Part shown: positions 61,992-64,000 of the stretch, one piece after another
Layout: the number at the start of each line of letters is the position of its first letter
How positions within the stretch are numbered: the stretch's first letter is position 1
Assembly (NCBI GenBank): GCA_964187785.1
Contig: OZ076409.1
Span: forward strand, 87,980,001 to 88,044,000
Length of the DNA: 64,000 nucleotides
Direction of reading: 5' to 3'
From: Amphiscolops sp. MND2022
Lineage: Eukaryota
Notes under the pieces: model-generated
What the model was told of the DNA's origin: nothing
The model's database searches: none
The model's input: the letters and a program-made list of their open reading frames with translations, nothing else
Position numbers and translations under genes: made by a program

Positions 61992-64000
61992 TGTAGTGAA
62001 TTGATGAACGATGAAATTTAGATTAATAGACTGTCTCGTTTTAAGAAAGGCTTTCGCAATGAAGCAAGACAAATTCAAACTAGATACATTTAGTACCAGC
62101 AACTGTTTACAAACATGTTATGTCATTTATTTCATTTCAAACGCTCTACCACATTCCCCCTTTTTGGGTACAACAAAATTAAAACAACTGTAGATAAATG
62201 TAGTCATGTAACTGGAGATTAATGTATGTAAACTCAAATTTACAACAGGTTAAAAATTAATGTCGTTTACTGTTTCTCGCTTGCCTTGGTGGCTAGCTAA
62301 TTTGTTGCTTCTTCTTCCGGCACTTCTTTCTCTCTCGATATCAAATCGATGCCATATCGTTTTGGGGGCACGTGTTTTCTCTCAGACGATCTTGTCGGCA
62401 CTTTCTTTTCCATTTGCCACGAGGATGTGGCTTTTATCGGGATTGTCTCACTTTCCCCTTTTTCTGCTGTTTTAGCGACTTCTTGTTTAGGCGGGGGTAC
62501 TTCATCTGTGGAGCCCTTAGAATCGGTGGTTGAACTAATGTCAATGATTGACGGCTGTTTTTCTGTTTCTAGGTCGAAGGCCAAATCCTGGGTAGGCAAC
62601 TTTTCCCATTTTACGCTCAAACCCCGGGGCGAGGCTTTTTCTTGTTTTGCCTTCTTTCCCTTTCTTTTTGTCGTCCCTTCTGATTCACTCGAGCTTGATG
62701 AATCCTCAATTATCGCTCGCTTGCCTGCCTTCTTAAACTTCTTTTTCTGCTCTTTTGAGGCTTGAACCACATCTCGTTTTGAGAAGATCTTTCCTTGTTT
62801 CGCCCCCTCTGGCAGCACGGTGATAGTATGCTCAGATTCCACTATTCTGCCGGTCTTTTTGGCAAATACGGGTTCCAGTTTTGACCCCTTTGCTCTCTCC
62901 CGTACCAAGATAGTCGAGTCACATTCGTCTTGGAAGTCGTTTTGTTGAAAATCCAATCTGTTATCTTGGGCTGAAAAATCCAAATACCTTTCTACTAAAT
63001 TCGATTTCACCGTATTTGGCGCTTTTCCCATCTGTTTTTCAAATGGCGACTTTCCGTCCTTTTTCTTGCTAATTCTCAACGAATACAAAATCTCGGACAA
63101 CCCCGTCTTATCCTTAGTTAAGACAATATTTTTATTTGCCCGGAGTCGTTCATTTATCGTCCTGATTAACCTCTCAATTTTTCCGTTGCCCCTGTGATCT
63201 CTGATTGGGCACATTACTTGCTCTATTCCAAATTGTTTGCAGAATTGCTTGAATTGCTCGCTTATAAACACTGTGCCTGGATCCGTTCGAATTTTCTTAG
63301 GCACCCCGTACTGTGCGCAATATTGTTTTAAAAATTCGATTACTTTTTTCGTAGTCGGGCGATGTAAAAATTTTGCGTCCGGCCATCCTGAGAAATGATC
63401 TATTGACACTAACAAGTATTTCTTGCCTTTTCTCGCGTTTTGAAAAGGTCCCGCAAAATCGAGGGCTACCTCCTCATTAGATTCCGTTACGTCCGGCAAT
63501 TTTCCTACTTGTTTTTGCGTTAGCATATTTTTTAAATTCTTACCTGACTGTAGACATTGCTCGCACAGTCTGGCCTGGTCAATGACCTCACGGTGAATGC
63601 GAGGCCACCAAATGTCCTCGATCATCGACAGCATAGCATCCCGGCCGGGGTGGCCATAATGGAGCGAACACATAATCATGGCCCTCATGGCCTGCGGGAT
63701 AACTAAGCGGTTGTCGGTGTAAAGAAAACCGCGTTCGTCGATCGAGAATGTTTGGAACTTTTCCCTCCAAGGGGACGGTAGCCGGGTAACTCCCGTTTTA
63801 TTGTATTTTTTAACTAATTGGATAACTCGCTGAATTAACTTGTCGGCGCAATAATTTGCCGGTAGCAGCTTTTCGTTTAATAGCTTAATTGATGGGCTTT
63901 GACTCATCTTACGTGTTTGTACGCTTTTACCACAATGACGCTTACTTGAATCCCGCGAATTTCGTTCGTTCTTCAATCTGATTGGTTGATTGCGGCCTAC
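61992..64000 (-). mobile_element. Gypsy LTR retrotransposon 3' portion (PPT and putative short 3' LTR 61992-62153)
   Basis: Polypurine tract AAAAAGGGGGAA directly followed by TGTGGTAG on the minus strand; left LTR boundary is tentative. Confidence 0.7.
62297..63976 (-). CDS. pol: Ty3/gypsy pol C-terminus (integrase), truncated by the window edge
   Basis: LHYGHPG...CEQC zinc domain; VALDFAGP, RTDPG, GKIER DDE motifs; charged tail ending PKRYGID. Confidence 0.92.
   Translation of the reverse strand: MKNERNSRDSSKRHCGKSVQTRKMSQSPSIKLLNEKLLPANYCADKLIQRVIQLVKKYNKTGVTRLPSPWREKFQTFSIDERGFLYTDNRLVIPQAMRAMIMCSLHYGHPGRDAMLSMIEDIWWPRIHREVIDQARLCEQCLQSGKNLKNMLTQKQVGKLPDVTESNEEVALDFAGPFQNARKGKKYLLVSIDHFSGWPDAKFLHRPTTKKVIEFLKQYCAQYGVPKKIRTDPGTVFISEQFKQFCKQFGIEQVMCPIRDHRGNGKIERLIRTINERLRANKNIVLTKDKTGLSEILYSLRISKKKDGKSPFEKQMGKAPNTVKSNLVERYLDFSAQDNRLDFQQNDFQDECDSTILVRERAKGSKLEPVFAKKTGRIVESEHTITVLPEGAKQGKIFSKRDVVQASKEQKKKFKKAGKRAIIEDSSSSSESEGTTKRKGKKAKQEKASPRGLSVKWEKLPTQDLAFDLETEKQPSIIDISSTTDSKGSTDEVPPPKQEVAKTAEKGESETIPIKATSSWQMEKKVPTRSSERKHVPPKRYGIDLISREKEVPEEEATN

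Overview
Repeat-rich animal (invertebrate-type) genomic DNA. The backbone is a minus-strand, multi-exon unconventional myosin XV-like gene (motor, 3 IQ, MyTH4, start of tail). About 24 phase-consistent exons were traced by hand from 46461 down to 4064, and the gene continues off the left edge. One intron holds a near-complete 13.6-kb Ty3/gypsy LTR retrotransposon (12175-25802; 390-bp LTRs with 3 mismatches, TAGCG target duplication). It encodes gag, -1 frameshifted pol (two in-frame stops) and an intact F-type class I envelope. Between pol and env, on the opposite strand, it carries a small membrane ORF and a five-exon gene predicted to encode an integrase-type H2C2 zinc domain fused to an OTU-like cysteine protease; this is the most unusual feature. 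A second highlight is an hAT-like MITE inserted into a myosin coding exon, whose 8-bp target duplication could make it a precisely removable GC-AG intron (Introner-like). The rest is a mosaic of Helentron-type HINEs (some with tRNA-like cassettes), hAT and Mutator MITEs, decayed LINEs, two further gypsy fragments at the window edges and a 200-N gap. All calls come from manual reading, without database searches.
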